Made by a program: the position numbers and the translations under genes. A stretch of DNA of 64,000 nucleotides from Rotaria socialis (Eukaryota), in the NCBI GenBank assembly GCA_905331295.1, contig CAJNYD010000037.1, positions 62,001 to 126,000 on the forward strand. The letters run 5' to 3'. Within the stretch, counting starts at the first letter, position 1; every line of letters starts with the position of its first letter. The notes under the pieces are model-generated. The model ran no database searches, was not told where the DNA came from, and saw only the letters and a program-made list of their open reading frames with translations. Positions 45,401-57,786 of the stretch are shown one piece after another.

Positions 45401-46641
45401 ATAACATAAGCAAAGTATCGGATGGTGATTCACATAATAAGTGAGTAGATATTTGTTGAGAATATTTTTTGAATGCTTTTCGAAACTTTTCATAGATCGT
45501 TCACATTATCACAAAATGATGAACAGCCTGATATTTTTGATACTCGCTCGTGGCCAGCTGATACAGGAAGAAGATCTTTGGAACAAAATCAACCTCCTGC
45601 ATTATCGACTGCAACAGCATCAGTAAATACAACAACTGAAATTCCATCAGTGCTAACATTATTATTACCGATGATGAATGGAACCGAGTCAACTTCTGTT
45701 CCTCAAACAAAACAGTCTTCTATTATTTTTAGCAGTAATAACGGTGTCATTGATGATCCATTGATTCAATCATTAGCTGCCGAACAAGCTGCATCAGCAC
45801 ATAATTATGATCTCTTATCACATAGATACAAACGGGTAAGCGATATGTTTTTAGAGTCTCTGCTGTTTTTTTTCATAAAACATTTTACATTTATTTTAAA
45901 GGTAAGGCGTCCATTACGTTACGGTGATCAATCGACTCGTCCTTCAAATATTCAATTTTTAATTAGTAAATAAAAACCATTTGTTTCCTAGAATAATCTT
46001 ATTTGTTCTATTCAGATGCAAATATAAATGCTCAACAAACAGCAGCTGCAAATCAACGTCTACTTTATAATATAAATAATACGTCCGATCTTACAGCATC
46101 TTCCAATGATGTATTTCACAATGATTGTGAAAATCCTAGTAATATTTTTGAGAAAACCTTTCAAAATTTTTCTTCATTTTCCATTGCAGATGATCTTCTC
46201 AATGATAATACCAATATGAGTACTGTTTCATTGAGTAGTATGTTATTTGTTGTACATTCCTATAAACTGTATTAATGTAATTTGTTTTTATAGCAACGAT
46301 TGTCAATGCAGCATTGCAAAGCGATACTTCACGATTGCGTCTGGATTGGCCAGATAATGTAATTTGATATGCTTGAAAATAAAATAAAATATGTTTTCTT
46401 TTTTTCTTAGATGTCTGATTTGTCGTTCGGTAGTTTTCCAGATTTGCTTGAATCTAATACACTATCGTCGACGCCAGGTGAACTGAACAATTTTGAACAG
46501 TCGACAGTGACTAATATAAATGAACAACACAAATGTGTGGTAAGTTTCATTGATTAGTTACATGATATTTAAATTTTTGTTTTCTAGTCTGAAAATTCAA
46601 TATCAGATGCAGTATTTGCCATCAATAATACAACTAATTGA
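42466..46641 (+). CDS. CRAMP1: Cramped/CRAMP1-like SANT-domain chromatin regulator, multi-exon
   Basis: KWTMEEQKQFFSALRI|YGKNFDAL...GQIRCFYYRSFRTVSK, followed by ELRSVLAYLCL and LHQLIRNGSAFLRAKG, follows the Cramped SANT and downstream conserved block. Long Ser/Thr-rich C-terminus, TGA at 46639-46641. Confidence 0.8.
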
Positions 46642-48396
46642 CTGCGTCAGATTTGACTTTGAGCTTTTTTAGTTAATCATGATTTTATTTCCTAGTCAAA
46701 TCGAAACGTCCTGTTGTACAATACGTCTGGTCAATTTCCATGAAATCATAAGTTCTCGAAGATGATCAAAACTAAAGCGACTTACATCAAAATTTCAACA
46801 CGCATTTTAACTCGACATTCAGTTTTTTTTGCTTCTGCATGAAAATTCTTGTATATGATAGAGTGAAAGCATCTTTTGTTTCACGTCTTACCAACAGTTG
46901 TCGATTCAAATACTAATATTTACCAAAGAAGAAGATTTTTTTTCTCAAACAATATCGCCTCGCTTTAGTCAATGATTTATTAGGAAATTAAATTCTCTAG
47001 GCCACTACGAAATCGAGTTTCTTACTTTTATCGAGAAAAGTTATGAATAGAAAGAACAAAAAAGAAAGCCTATTTAGCTTATCAATAACAACAGTTTTTA
47101 TTAAATAAAATATTTGCTTACAGTTAACCAACCATAAGTCAGAAAAACAGTCACAAGTAGCATTGAGTTTTGATTCTAGCTGATTAATTTTGAGTGGGTT
47201 ATTTTGCATCAGACGTTTTATGGAGAGACTTTTCACGCTTAGGTTATTTGAATAAATATATGCGTCTATTAGCGGTTTTCTTATTTTAACTTTTTTCTTT
47301 TTTTTTCTATCTTTGAAATGAACTCTAATTGTTAATACTCGCATTTCGCTCTTGTTTATTGTATTTGCATTATTTTGTTTTCTTTTTGTGACTATTCTTG
47401 GATCCTCGGTGTTTTTCTTCTTTTGATAAAGAAAAAGAATATCAGAACAAAAATATGATGAAGGGTATTTAAACAAGTTTCTTATTAAAGGTCTCATTTT
47501 TAATTTCTACTGGCTTCTACGAACACCTTACTATACCAGTCGAGTTTTTCTTAGAATATGTCAACTAATCCATTGAAAGTAATAATTAGTACAAGGACAT
47601 TCAATCACGTATGGCAATATTTAAAGCATGTAATAATTTAGTATTCTCAAATGACTAGCAATGTGCCGCGATAAGAAATCTATACATGAACATGATTATG
47701 AGCAATCAAAAGTGGGGCTACTGATTTATGACTCATTTTTTTTTCTCTTGCTCTTTTTGTATCTGATTAGGTTTCTATTTGTTCTCGTTCTGCTACCATA
47801 CATATTCTGTCTTTTTTCGCCATACTAACAGAGCACAGTACAAATAAAAACAGAAGCTATGTAACATGTGTGCGCCCATCGTGTATTCCTCATTCTGTTC
47901 GGTTCTCCGTCATTGACACGGATAACTAGACTACCAATAACGTTGCCGTCTACATTGCCTCACATTACAGACTGCTATGGTGTGCAGAATAGTCATATAT
48001 TACTAAACTTATAAGCAAGAATTCTTTACAATCATCAAAGGAAATTTGGTGAGAAGGTAAACATATTTTAATCAACAACATGTCTCGTAGAAAAGCAAAA
48101 CCTTTTTTATTTTGATGAATTTTAATTAAAATAAGAACGTATAGATTTTCAAATCTATGAACTTCCATTGCTTTCTACATGTAAAAATAATCGGTTGCGT
48201 GCTTTACCGGAAAATCTAGCTTCGTTTTAAGTTACAAATTCTTGCTTGTTGATGTAGTATTGTAGACGTGGTTTTAATAGTATTAGACTATCTATCAATG
48301 ATAGTTGGAAAATTATATAAGAAAAGATTCGCTCATTTATTTTTGAATATTTATTGCAGCTGAAAAAAACAACCATTATTTGTTTCATTTCAAATA

Positions 48397-48969
48397 ATGA
48401 CATCGATCAGCGAATACGTTGAATTTAATTGTACGTTCGAATATAAACAATTAAAATTAATTGAAAAAGAATGGCTTTCTAGTGCATTATTTTATTCTTC
48501 GATTAATAATACGACATGGCGTTTACAAGTAGACAGGCTGCATCCAACAAAGCTGGGTATTTATTTAACATTGATTGACGGTGCTCCATGTACTTTATGT
48601 TCTTACACACTATCGATGATTACCAATAAAGAACCATCTCTTTTGATTTTTGTTAACAAATGTACTCAAAAACGGACATTTCCATCCAATAGTTTTTCAT
48701 GGGGTTTTGCAAATTTTTGTTCGCGCCGTGAATTAAAAGATGAACGAAATCTTATTTGCGATCCAAAAACAAAATTAGTTAATCTACGGTGTTCTATGAA
48801 TATAGAAGTTGCAGTTCCAAATAATATTACTGATGATCATCGTTTAGCAACTGAGCTATATCCTCGTTATTCACTTGAACAATGGATTGAGTTTCTCAAA
48901 CAAGGTAATCATGATCTACCCGAGTTGACAAATAGAGTAAATGAAGAAATTGCAGCAAAATTATCCTGA
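48397..48969 (+). CDS. MATH/TRAF-domain protein, intronless CDS
   Basis: 190-aa ORF with TWRLQV, LGIYLTL, YTLSMI, RTFPSNSFSWGFANFCSRREL and LVNLRCSMNI, matching the MATH beta-sandwich pattern. No BTB domain follows. Confidence 0.8.
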   Translation: MTSISEYVEFNCTFEYKQLKLIEKEWLSSALFYSSINNTTWRLQVDRLHPTKLGIYLTLIDGAPCTLCSYTLSMITNKEPSLLIFVNKCTQKRTFPSNSFSWGFANFCSRRELKDERNLICDPKTKLVNLRCSMNIEVAVPNNITDDHRLATELYPRYSLEQWIEFLKQGNHDLPELTNRVNEEIAAKLS

Positions 48970-49627
48970 TAGAAATTTTTTTCCTGCATATACGTGTACA
49001 AAATAAAACTGAAACCGACAATTTTATTTACCATGTAAACTCTATTTTGTTTTCACCAGTTGTCCTAATCATAAGATAAAACTGAATAAAAAATCTACTC
49101 AAAACAAACATTTTATAGATAAAATAATGTGCAACATTTTCCATTCAAAATAATACGATATGAAAAGCTTTTGTTTTCGAACTCAAAGAAATTCATCACA
49201 CAGTAAAGGGACATCCAGAAAAAAAATTGTTCTATTTAACATATCAAAGCAAGACGACAATCAAACAGTTTTAGAATGAGCATTTTTTATTCATCCTCAC
49301 TTGAACCGACAACACACGACTGTACACATTTTTTATACTCCAGGTGATAGGCAAATCATTTCTTTTGTATTCTCATATAAGAAATGTTCTTTCAAGTTTC
49401 ACAGAACAATGCAGCCAAGTAATAGCATATTATTCATTTCTTTCTCATTGTCTATTTGCATTGTACAAAGTTGTTCGTTTCATGCATCAATTAAATCTAC
49501 AGATTCTTTATTGTGTCCGAATATAGGAATGACCACTTGAATATGAACTCACATCACCCATCAGACAGCGTACTATTATGATACCAATAAGCTACGATAA
49601 CAAAAAACAACTTATATCACTATATTG

Positions 49628-49727
49628 NNNNNNNNNNNNNNNNNNNNNNNNNNNNNNNNNNNNNNNNNNNNNNNNNNNNNNNNNNNNNNNNNNNNNNNNN
49701 NNNNNNNNNNNNNNNNNNNNNNNNNNN
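49628..49727. other. assembly gap (100 N)
   Basis: Run of exactly 100 n. Confidence 0.99.
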
Positions 49728-49841
49728 AAGAAGAAAAATGAATAGAAGCGAAACTAAGATGATACACAGATGTAATGGTCTGTCACGAACACTAGTTGTT
49801 GGTTTATATTGATATTGAAGAGATTGAGGTCGAGTATGCAT
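49728..49841 (-). CDS. partial second copy of the 4-TM tetraspanin-like gene, truncated by the gap
   Basis: MHTRPQSLQYQYKPTTSVRDRPLHLCIILVSLLFIFL. 49728-49888 matches 57673-57833 with 5 mismatches in 161 bp. Confidence 0.7.
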
Positions 49842-51857
49842 TGGTATATATTGAATAGGGTCGTTTATAGATATCTTGACAACTATTGATTATAACTGAG
49901 AATAAAATAAGTTGAAGTAAGGATAGAAAAGTTATGCAAATGAAAGCAAATGGTAGAGAAAAAGAAAGAGAGAGAGAGAGAGAAATAGAAGAATCGACGA
50001 GTAAAAGAATCGGTGAAAAATGAAAAAGTACTGCTAATGTTGGTAATGTCAATGCTCGAGTAGCTGACGATGTCGTGAGAAAAGTAAAAAGTATATGCCA
50101 CAGTAGCAGAACTTTTCTTCTTTCCCCGGTGTTTTGTCGTTGCTTCACCTTTCTAGGTAAAAATTGGTCGGATAAGTTTTCATGTTATCGCAGATGAGAA
50201 TAGAAAAAAAAGCAAGAAGATATGTAATCATGTTGAGATGCAAACTATCGCTTAAAATAATATCAATAAATATTAATAGAGGACTGTATTTTCAGAAGTA
50301 ATCATAGGTGTGAATTTTTACGTTAATATTCATATGATCTACAAATAGATGGTTAAAGTTGTAATCATTTTAGTCATAATCAATTTATAGCATACAATAA
50401 AACTTTGTTATCTGCTGTTGAAAAATATTCCTTTTTGGATTAATTATTCCAACGAGTTCCATAGGTTTATAAGATCTAGGGTGATTTCTGCCCTCAATAT
50501 TCTAAATGACTTCGATAAAAAAAAGACTAATCTTGTCCAGTAGACATTTTTATTTTATCTAGAATAGACAAAAAAGATTGGATTGAAATAATTTTTAAAA
50601 TACTTTATTCAGTATTTCTATCGTTACTAGCTAATACTTTAAGAACATGAATACTACGATGTAAGCTGAGATAATCTTTTACCATCCTTCTTTTCGATGC
50701 ATCATATTGTATCACGAAACATTTGCCGTGATTGCCATCGGAATAAATATTTTCTAACAGTAAAAACGTAACCATTGTTAGATCAATTCATTTATTTACT
50801 GTATTGTTTTCGTTTTTTCGCATATGACTTTAATTATGTAAACTGTGCAGCAATTGGATGAAAATATTGTTCAAAGCATTTGGGAAATTTTCTTCTGGAT
50901 GTGAACTTAAATGAATTAGAGAATTACATCGCCTGCTACACGACTATCAACACTTGCATGCATGACGATAAAAATATGAATATTGAAACATAACTTGTGG
51001 TGTACTACTAATATTGTTGATTTCGTTAGAATTTTAAAAATAGATATATCTCATTTAATTAAATAACAAAATATTCAATATTGTATGAAAATTTGTAAAT
51101 AAATAATATTTTAATATCAGTAATGGGCAGGCATCAATTTGTTTTATTGCCGAAGAGCAGCTTCTTTTTCTCTCGAAATCTATTTACTCTAATCAGCACT
51201 TTGTTTATAAGTTAAAATTAACTCATACGAACTATACATATCATCAATTTAGTTAAATTGGTTTTTATTAAAGTACTTATCCTCATTTCAATCAATTCAA
51301 AAAGAATTGTTAAACATCACTAGAGCTCAGCATAATTTAATTCTATACTTTCGCTCATGAAATTAATTTTATGTTTGTATTGGATTTAATATTCATCTGT
51401 CCAATCTGTCTAAAGATTATAAAAGACGCATAAATTTGTAAACATCAAAATTTTCTTTGACCAATTGAGTCATTATGTTTGATATGGCTTATGAAATACG
51501 ATGATAATGTAGAGTTTGTTCTTTTGTCATACTATGTTTCTATTTCATGTCAATTTGTTTGTTTAATTAATCAATCAAAAGCAGAAAACAATAACTTCGG
51601 CGAACAGTGTAACATCAACATGACCGTTCCGTCCCGAAATACAAGAAAATAACTAATCGTTTGAGCCTTTGTTTATTTAACATATCGGGCACATAGTCGT
51701 CCTAATTTTGTTCATTGCTTTTGAGTCCGAAAGACTTTAGATGACAACGAATGACGATTACAACATCTTCTCTTCTCTCTGTCTCTCTACTTGTCTCCTC
51801 TTTCTTTCTTTCGTTCGTTACTCAATCAATGATATGCTCATTGTCAAATAGTCGATA

Positions 51858-53587
51858 ATGAATTTAGCACTGTTATTACTGAGTATAATTCTAGCATTAA
51901 TAAAAGCCGATTGTGGTGAAGAATTTAAAATAATATGTTATTTTTCGTCATGGACTGGCATTCATCCGGAAGCAAAAAATTGTACACATATTGTCTACAC
52001 ATTTGCACGCATTGAAGATGATAATACACTCACTGGTAATTATTAATCTACTCTAAAACATATTGAGTCATGTTTATCTATAATAAATAGGTGTATGGAG
52101 TAATCCTTTGAAAGAATTTAAGAATACTAAAGATCCAGATCTGAAAGTTTTATTGGCTGTTGGTGGTCAAGATTACGCTATAAGACGAGCTGGTGAAATG
52201 ATGTCCAAAGATGAATCACGCCAAAAATTTGTTATTTCAACAACAAAACTTTTACGAACACATGAGTTCGATGGTATTGATCTAAATTTTGAACCCAATG
52301 AAGCTTTAGGACCACCGTCATCGCCCAATCAACAAGTCATTGATGATAAAAAAAAATTATCAACACTGTGTAAAGTAAAATTTTGTTAACGTGTTGTGTT
52401 TGTTTTTGTCACTTTTGCTTTAATATTGCGAAGGAACTTCAAGAAGAATATGCTGAAGAAGCCGGTAGAACAGGACGAACTCGTCTATTACTTACAATAA
52501 CGGTATCGGGAATAAAAAAACAACTTGAATCACGTTTTGATTTGCCAGAACTTGCAAAGTTAGAGTGAAGTTCTGATTTTCATTTAGTCTTAATTATTTA
52601 TTTATATAGATGTGCTGATTGGCTCAACGTTCAAACATATGATTATCGAGGTTCACATGACAAAATTGCTGATCATCATAGTCCTCTTATGGAAGCTAAA
52701 AATGCTGAAGATAATGACAAAGATTTAAATCAGGTTTGCACAATTATCGATCATTTCAATACATTCGATACGTTTTATTCTAGAATTCTGCCATTAAATT
52801 TATTGTTAGTACTGGTGTTGTACCATCAAAATTATCGCTTGGTTTGGCTGCATATGGAAAAAAATTTCGTTTTACTAGTGATTCACGCGATATGGGCAGT
52901 GCCGCGACATGTGTCGGCAGTGTACCTTATATAGAAGTAAAAGAAAAATAAATAAACTTTCCGTGAAATATTTTCTTTTGCTCAATTAGCTTTGTCGTAA
53001 TATAGCGTCGGGCTGGCAACGAATCTTTCTCGATGATCGTAAAGTACCAATTATGATGAAAGGTTGGTTTGTTTTGGTGGAAAAGAATGTTAGACTAAAT
53101 TTAAACATATATTTTCCTAGGTGATGAAGTCATCGGTTACGATGACCTTCAAAGCATGGAATTAAAAGTAAGTGCGAAATTTCTGTCGAGAAATTCTATT
53201 TTGCAAAATTTTATACAATAGATTAATTATGCAAAAGAACAACGTCTTGGTGGTGTTGTCATATATCCAGTGAATTTCGATGATAGCTCAGCTCAATCAT
53301 GTAGCCAAGGAAAATTTCCTATTGTCTCACTTGTAAAACAACTAACATCGAATTATACTGTTTCATGTTTACCACCTACAACACAACCTTTAAATACAAC
53401 TGTAGCACCACGAAATCGAACGAAGAACATAACGCCTAAATGGAAATTATCACGTCCAGATTATTTAAGTCCTGGAATAGGATTACACCCTAAAGGTCAT
53501 CGTCGAGTAAACAACTCTGCTTATACAGTACGATCAATCTATATAATTAAAAATGTTTTATTTAGCTTTTTATTTCTGCTTGTATGA
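51858..53587 (+). CDS. GH18 chitinase-like protein, secreted and possibly GPI-anchored
   Basis: Signal peptide MNLALLLLSIILALIKA, then KIICYFSSW, CTHIVYTFA, LKVLLAVGG, FDGIDLNFE, DWLNVQTYDYRG, HHSPL, IGYDDLQS, INYAKEQRLGGVVIY and CSQGKFP. Hydrophobic C-terminus. Confidence 0.88.
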
Positions 53588-53638
53588 ATTCTGTTGCAAA
53601 AAAGAAAGAAACATAATATATTCAGAACAAAAACACAA

Positions 53639-56416
53639 TTAGTTTTTTCCATTGAAAATAATACGCATTTGTTCTTTGTCTTCTTTTGATAAACATAAAT
53701 AACTTTCCCCTCGAGTTTGAAAACAATGTTCTGTTTTTGATGAACACGGTTTATCTAAACATGTTTGACGATATTCACATAATGTACCATAATAAAATTT
53801 CGATGTTGAGCATAAACATTGATAGGCACCATTATCGTCTTTGATACATGTACCATTATTTCGGCATAATTTAAATTGATCACATTCAGATGTCGTATTA
53901 CAAGCCGAACAATATTTTGGACAGCTTTCGACGAAGTATTGACCTTTGACCATAGTTGAATATTCCGTGCACCAGTTCTTAACTTTTTTGTTTAATTTCG
54001 AATAGACTTTAATTAATTGTGAACAATCAGCAGAATCAATACATGTATATTTATCGAAACTGCTAGGTTTAACATATTCTCGAGGTTTTATTATTGTTGA
54101 TAGAAACTTTTTGCTGGCAGCAACTTTTTTTGATTTTTTTGAAGATATTTCTTGTGTTGTCTAAAATGAGATGTACTCCTTAGTAAAGTGAAGTGAAAGA
54201 AAATTTACCGTTGCCATCGTAGTTGTAGTAGTTTGACGCAATGGTAGTTGATTACATTGACCACATGTATGTGGACATAATTTCTTGGGAGATATTCCAT
54301 TAATACGAACATAATCATTGCCACAATATTGAGCAAACATGGAACAACGTGCATGTTGATCACCACATTCCGGTATTAAATGTCTGAAATTTGAAAATGG
54401 TCGATATTTTTTTAAATTAATTTAAAATTTCGACTGTCATTTACTTTTTACATTCTTCACAGCATAGACGATAGTAGGGTATTGATGATTCGTAACATAA
54501 ATAAGTTACATTCATACCACGAGATCGTAATAAATTAAGTGCATCTGAGCAAAGCATATTACCCGTACTTAACTTGTCGATTAAACTTAACATTTGAATA
54601 GGTACAAGCAAATCTCCATAGGGACAATTATCTAAATCAGTTTTTTTCATTGTTTGATTTATAGATACACATTGTTTTTCAAGACATACACGATTTTCAC
54701 CACATGGAGTTCCTATAAAAATAGTTTACAAAGAACAAATCTGGAAAAAAAAAACGTTTTTATAAAATGCAAACCATCAAATGCTCCATATTGCCAATAC
54801 ATATATTCATCTTCTGGAGTTTTAAAACATCGCAATTGATTGCAAATATTTTCTTCGTATAAGTTATGATTGCTATTATTGTATGTAACAGAAATATACG
54901 GAATAGCTCGTGGTCCATATTGTAATTGGCATTGTTGATGAACATTAATTATTTGCCCTAAGTAGAATGAACTCATATTTCGTAGGTTTTCAAATTTTGT
55001 ATCATTCTTTGTGCTAATTATTTTATTTTTCCAACATGTTGTCGTTGTATTATCAACAAAATGATTTAATTCGCTGATTGAACATTCAGAAAAATAAGGC
55101 AGCTGTTGGCGATCAACGGTATTCATATTTTTTGGTGACATTATATATCGAAATTTAGGATCAAAACATTTATTTTCTGTTTCATCATGAGTGAAGCCGA
55201 GATTATGCCCAAGTTCGTGTGCAACTGTCATTGTCACAGAAAATGAATTCAGATCTTCTTGAATAATTGAATATTGAAATAAAGGTAAACAAGTACCTAA
55301 AACATACGCTGAACCAGCTCCATCGTTTAGGTCGAAACGAGTAAATGTTGCAATATGATCAACACCATTGCGAAAATAACGTTCATCAAATTTATTGATT
55401 TTATAAGCTTGATGGAATGATTTAAGAAGATTCATGCTAATATTTGGTCGTAACTGCACGTTATTGGGTGATTTTCGATAATTTTCTGTTAGAGATGATA
55501 TATTTGTAAATGATTCCCATGGCAGACGATGTTTATTAGTAGCAAAAATAATTTTAGTTAAACGAATATGAACATCCAGTGTTTCATTAATCAGCGATTG
55601 TCGATAGAGTTGTTCAACACCCAAGAAAACATGAGTATAGTACAATTTAAGTATTTCAATGGCTTCTAATTCAGTTTTATTTAATAATGCTCGAAGATCA
55701 TTTGTAATAAGACTATCAATAACGGCAACTATTTCCAAATATAAATGACGAGATTTTTCAGGTACCGGCCGTAGTGTTGTTGTTGTCATGGTAGCATTTG
55801 TCAATAGTTCAGTATCATTTTCAGCTGAAGATATTGTTATATTTTCAACTGTAACAGGTAGTAGCGTTGACGAATCTATTTGTGTAGTTGCTCGGAACGT
55901 TGTTACTTCCATATCTGAACTGTTGTATGTAGATTCTGTTTCATCAATAGCACGTCGTTCATAATTGCTATTCCAATCAATAGTAGCATATGCTTGTTCA
56001 ATAATTGACTCTTTCGATTTGATAATATAAGCATTGTTTACTGATCGTTTTGTTTTTGTTTGTTTTATAGACATAGGTGAAGATATGTCATAGAATGTTC
56101 CATTCGGTATTTGTACCATAGCAAATAAAAGATTGTTGTCAGTCGATGTGCCATGGATTACTGTTGCAAAACCATGAGAATTTTCATTTGATTCCAAATG
56201 ATAAGTTTTAACCGATGTTCCAGATGATAAATTTAATATTTTAGGATTGTGCTCATCATCAAGTATGATTACATTTGGTAAAGAATATTCAGCATTCGGC
56301 TTTGTTATTTCAACAAATGGAAAATAATTATCACTGCCATCAATATTTAATGTTAAATCAAATGAAACTATTGAATTTATAGTGGTTAATACGAGCAGCA
56401 AGATTACCAACGCCAT
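53639..56416 (-). CDS. M12B (ADAMTS-like) metalloprotease with PLAC-like, 2 ShKT and EGF domains (4 exons)
   Basis: Signal peptide MALVILLLVLTTINS, LYLEIVAVID, zinc motif HELGHNLGFTHD, Met-turn YIMSP, FSECS and ADAMTS cysteine-rich module QQCQLQYG...DGTPCGENRVCLEKQCV. Then LCY...YRLCCEEC, CPHTCGQC, CPKYCSAC and EGF CRNNGTC...YQCLC...YYGTLCE. Confidence 0.88.
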
Positions 56417-56979
56417 ATTATTTGAGAAATAACTGTTGTTATGTAGAAAGATATTCTTGTATTGAAGCACAATATTCCTTCAACTCGAACTATCATGTGA
56501 TGACAGCTTTGACATTATTAATGTTATGCTGAATAATCTACGTATCTGTTAGAGAGTACTCTAGCAAACCTTATTTATTTATTTAGTTCTTGTTTCCTTT
56601 TGTGTGTGTTGTGTGTTTCTTGTATGTGCAATCCAACTCGAGATGCACATACGTCAACCGTTCTTTTCCATTTTTTTCTTTCCTCTCTCTCTCTCCATCT
56701 CTCTCTGCCTTTGTTTTTCTCTCTCTCTTGTGTATGTGTTGTACAGTATAAATAGGAAAAGAAAACGAATAATAAAGGAGATCAGATTAAGAATAGATCA
56801 CGATCGGATCATATTGGAAAATAGAAACGTGTATTTCTACGTTGTGAAATTGAATTAAGTTACAGCTGGGCCTCTGTAACAGTATCTAATGTAATAGTCC
56901 AAAGGGAATTAGTAATGTCATATATATATACACAAAACAACATATTCTCATCAATAAATATCACACGGCTTTCATGTCT

Positions 56980-57786
56980 TCAAACATACAATTGATTACT
57001 TGAATATAGATTTACGTAATCTGTCAAACACCGAACCATGACTATTCCAACGATCTATAATAATAGAAAACTAATTATATAACAGCATTGATAATCAACT
57101 GAAATTACCAAGGTCGAACTCATAAATAAAGCCAATCCACCATTCGTTCCTATCATGAGCGTCTCTTCAACATACTAAACATAAAATTAATCAAAGTAAA
57201 TATATGAAATTATTTTAAAGCTTACAATAATTTGATTCACATTTGGATTATTTGATTGACTTATGAAACCATCGACTTGAACTACAAATATAGGATTCAT
57301 TCATTTTGTTCTTCTCTTTCAAAAAAAGAAAAGAAAACATACATGCAAAAATAATACCAATAATACCAACCGCTGCTCCAATTATCATCAAAAACCATAA
57401 GCAACATTCAAACTAAATCAATCAGACAGTATTACAAACACTTAGGCTTACTTTTTTCTACTCACTATTCTTAATAATATTAAGCGTAATGTAAAGAAAG
57501 CAATAAGCCCATGAATACTTATTAGAATACCAAATGATCCAATAATAACGAGAAGAATACCAAAGCCTAATTCACGACGATAGATATCTGTTGAAAAACT
57601 AAGAACAGTTTGAAGACGTGGAATAATTAGATGCCATGTACCAAGTACAATAAATGCTACTGATTCGATCACAAGAAGAAAAATGAATAGAAGCGAAACT
57701 AAGATGATACACAGATGTAATGGTCTGTCACGAACACTAGTTGTTGGTCTATATTGATATTGAAGAGATTGAGATCGATTATGCAT
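56980..57786 (-). CDS. four-TM tetraspanin-like protein with short extracellular loop (5 exons)
   Basis: Spliced product has four hydrophobic helices (LCIILVSLLFIFLLVIESVAFIVLGTW; LGFGILLVIIGSFGILISIHGLIAFF; FECCLWFLMIIGAAVGIIGIIFAF; GGLALFMSSTLIVGIVMV). No CCG motif. TGA at 56982-56980. Confidence 0.7.
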
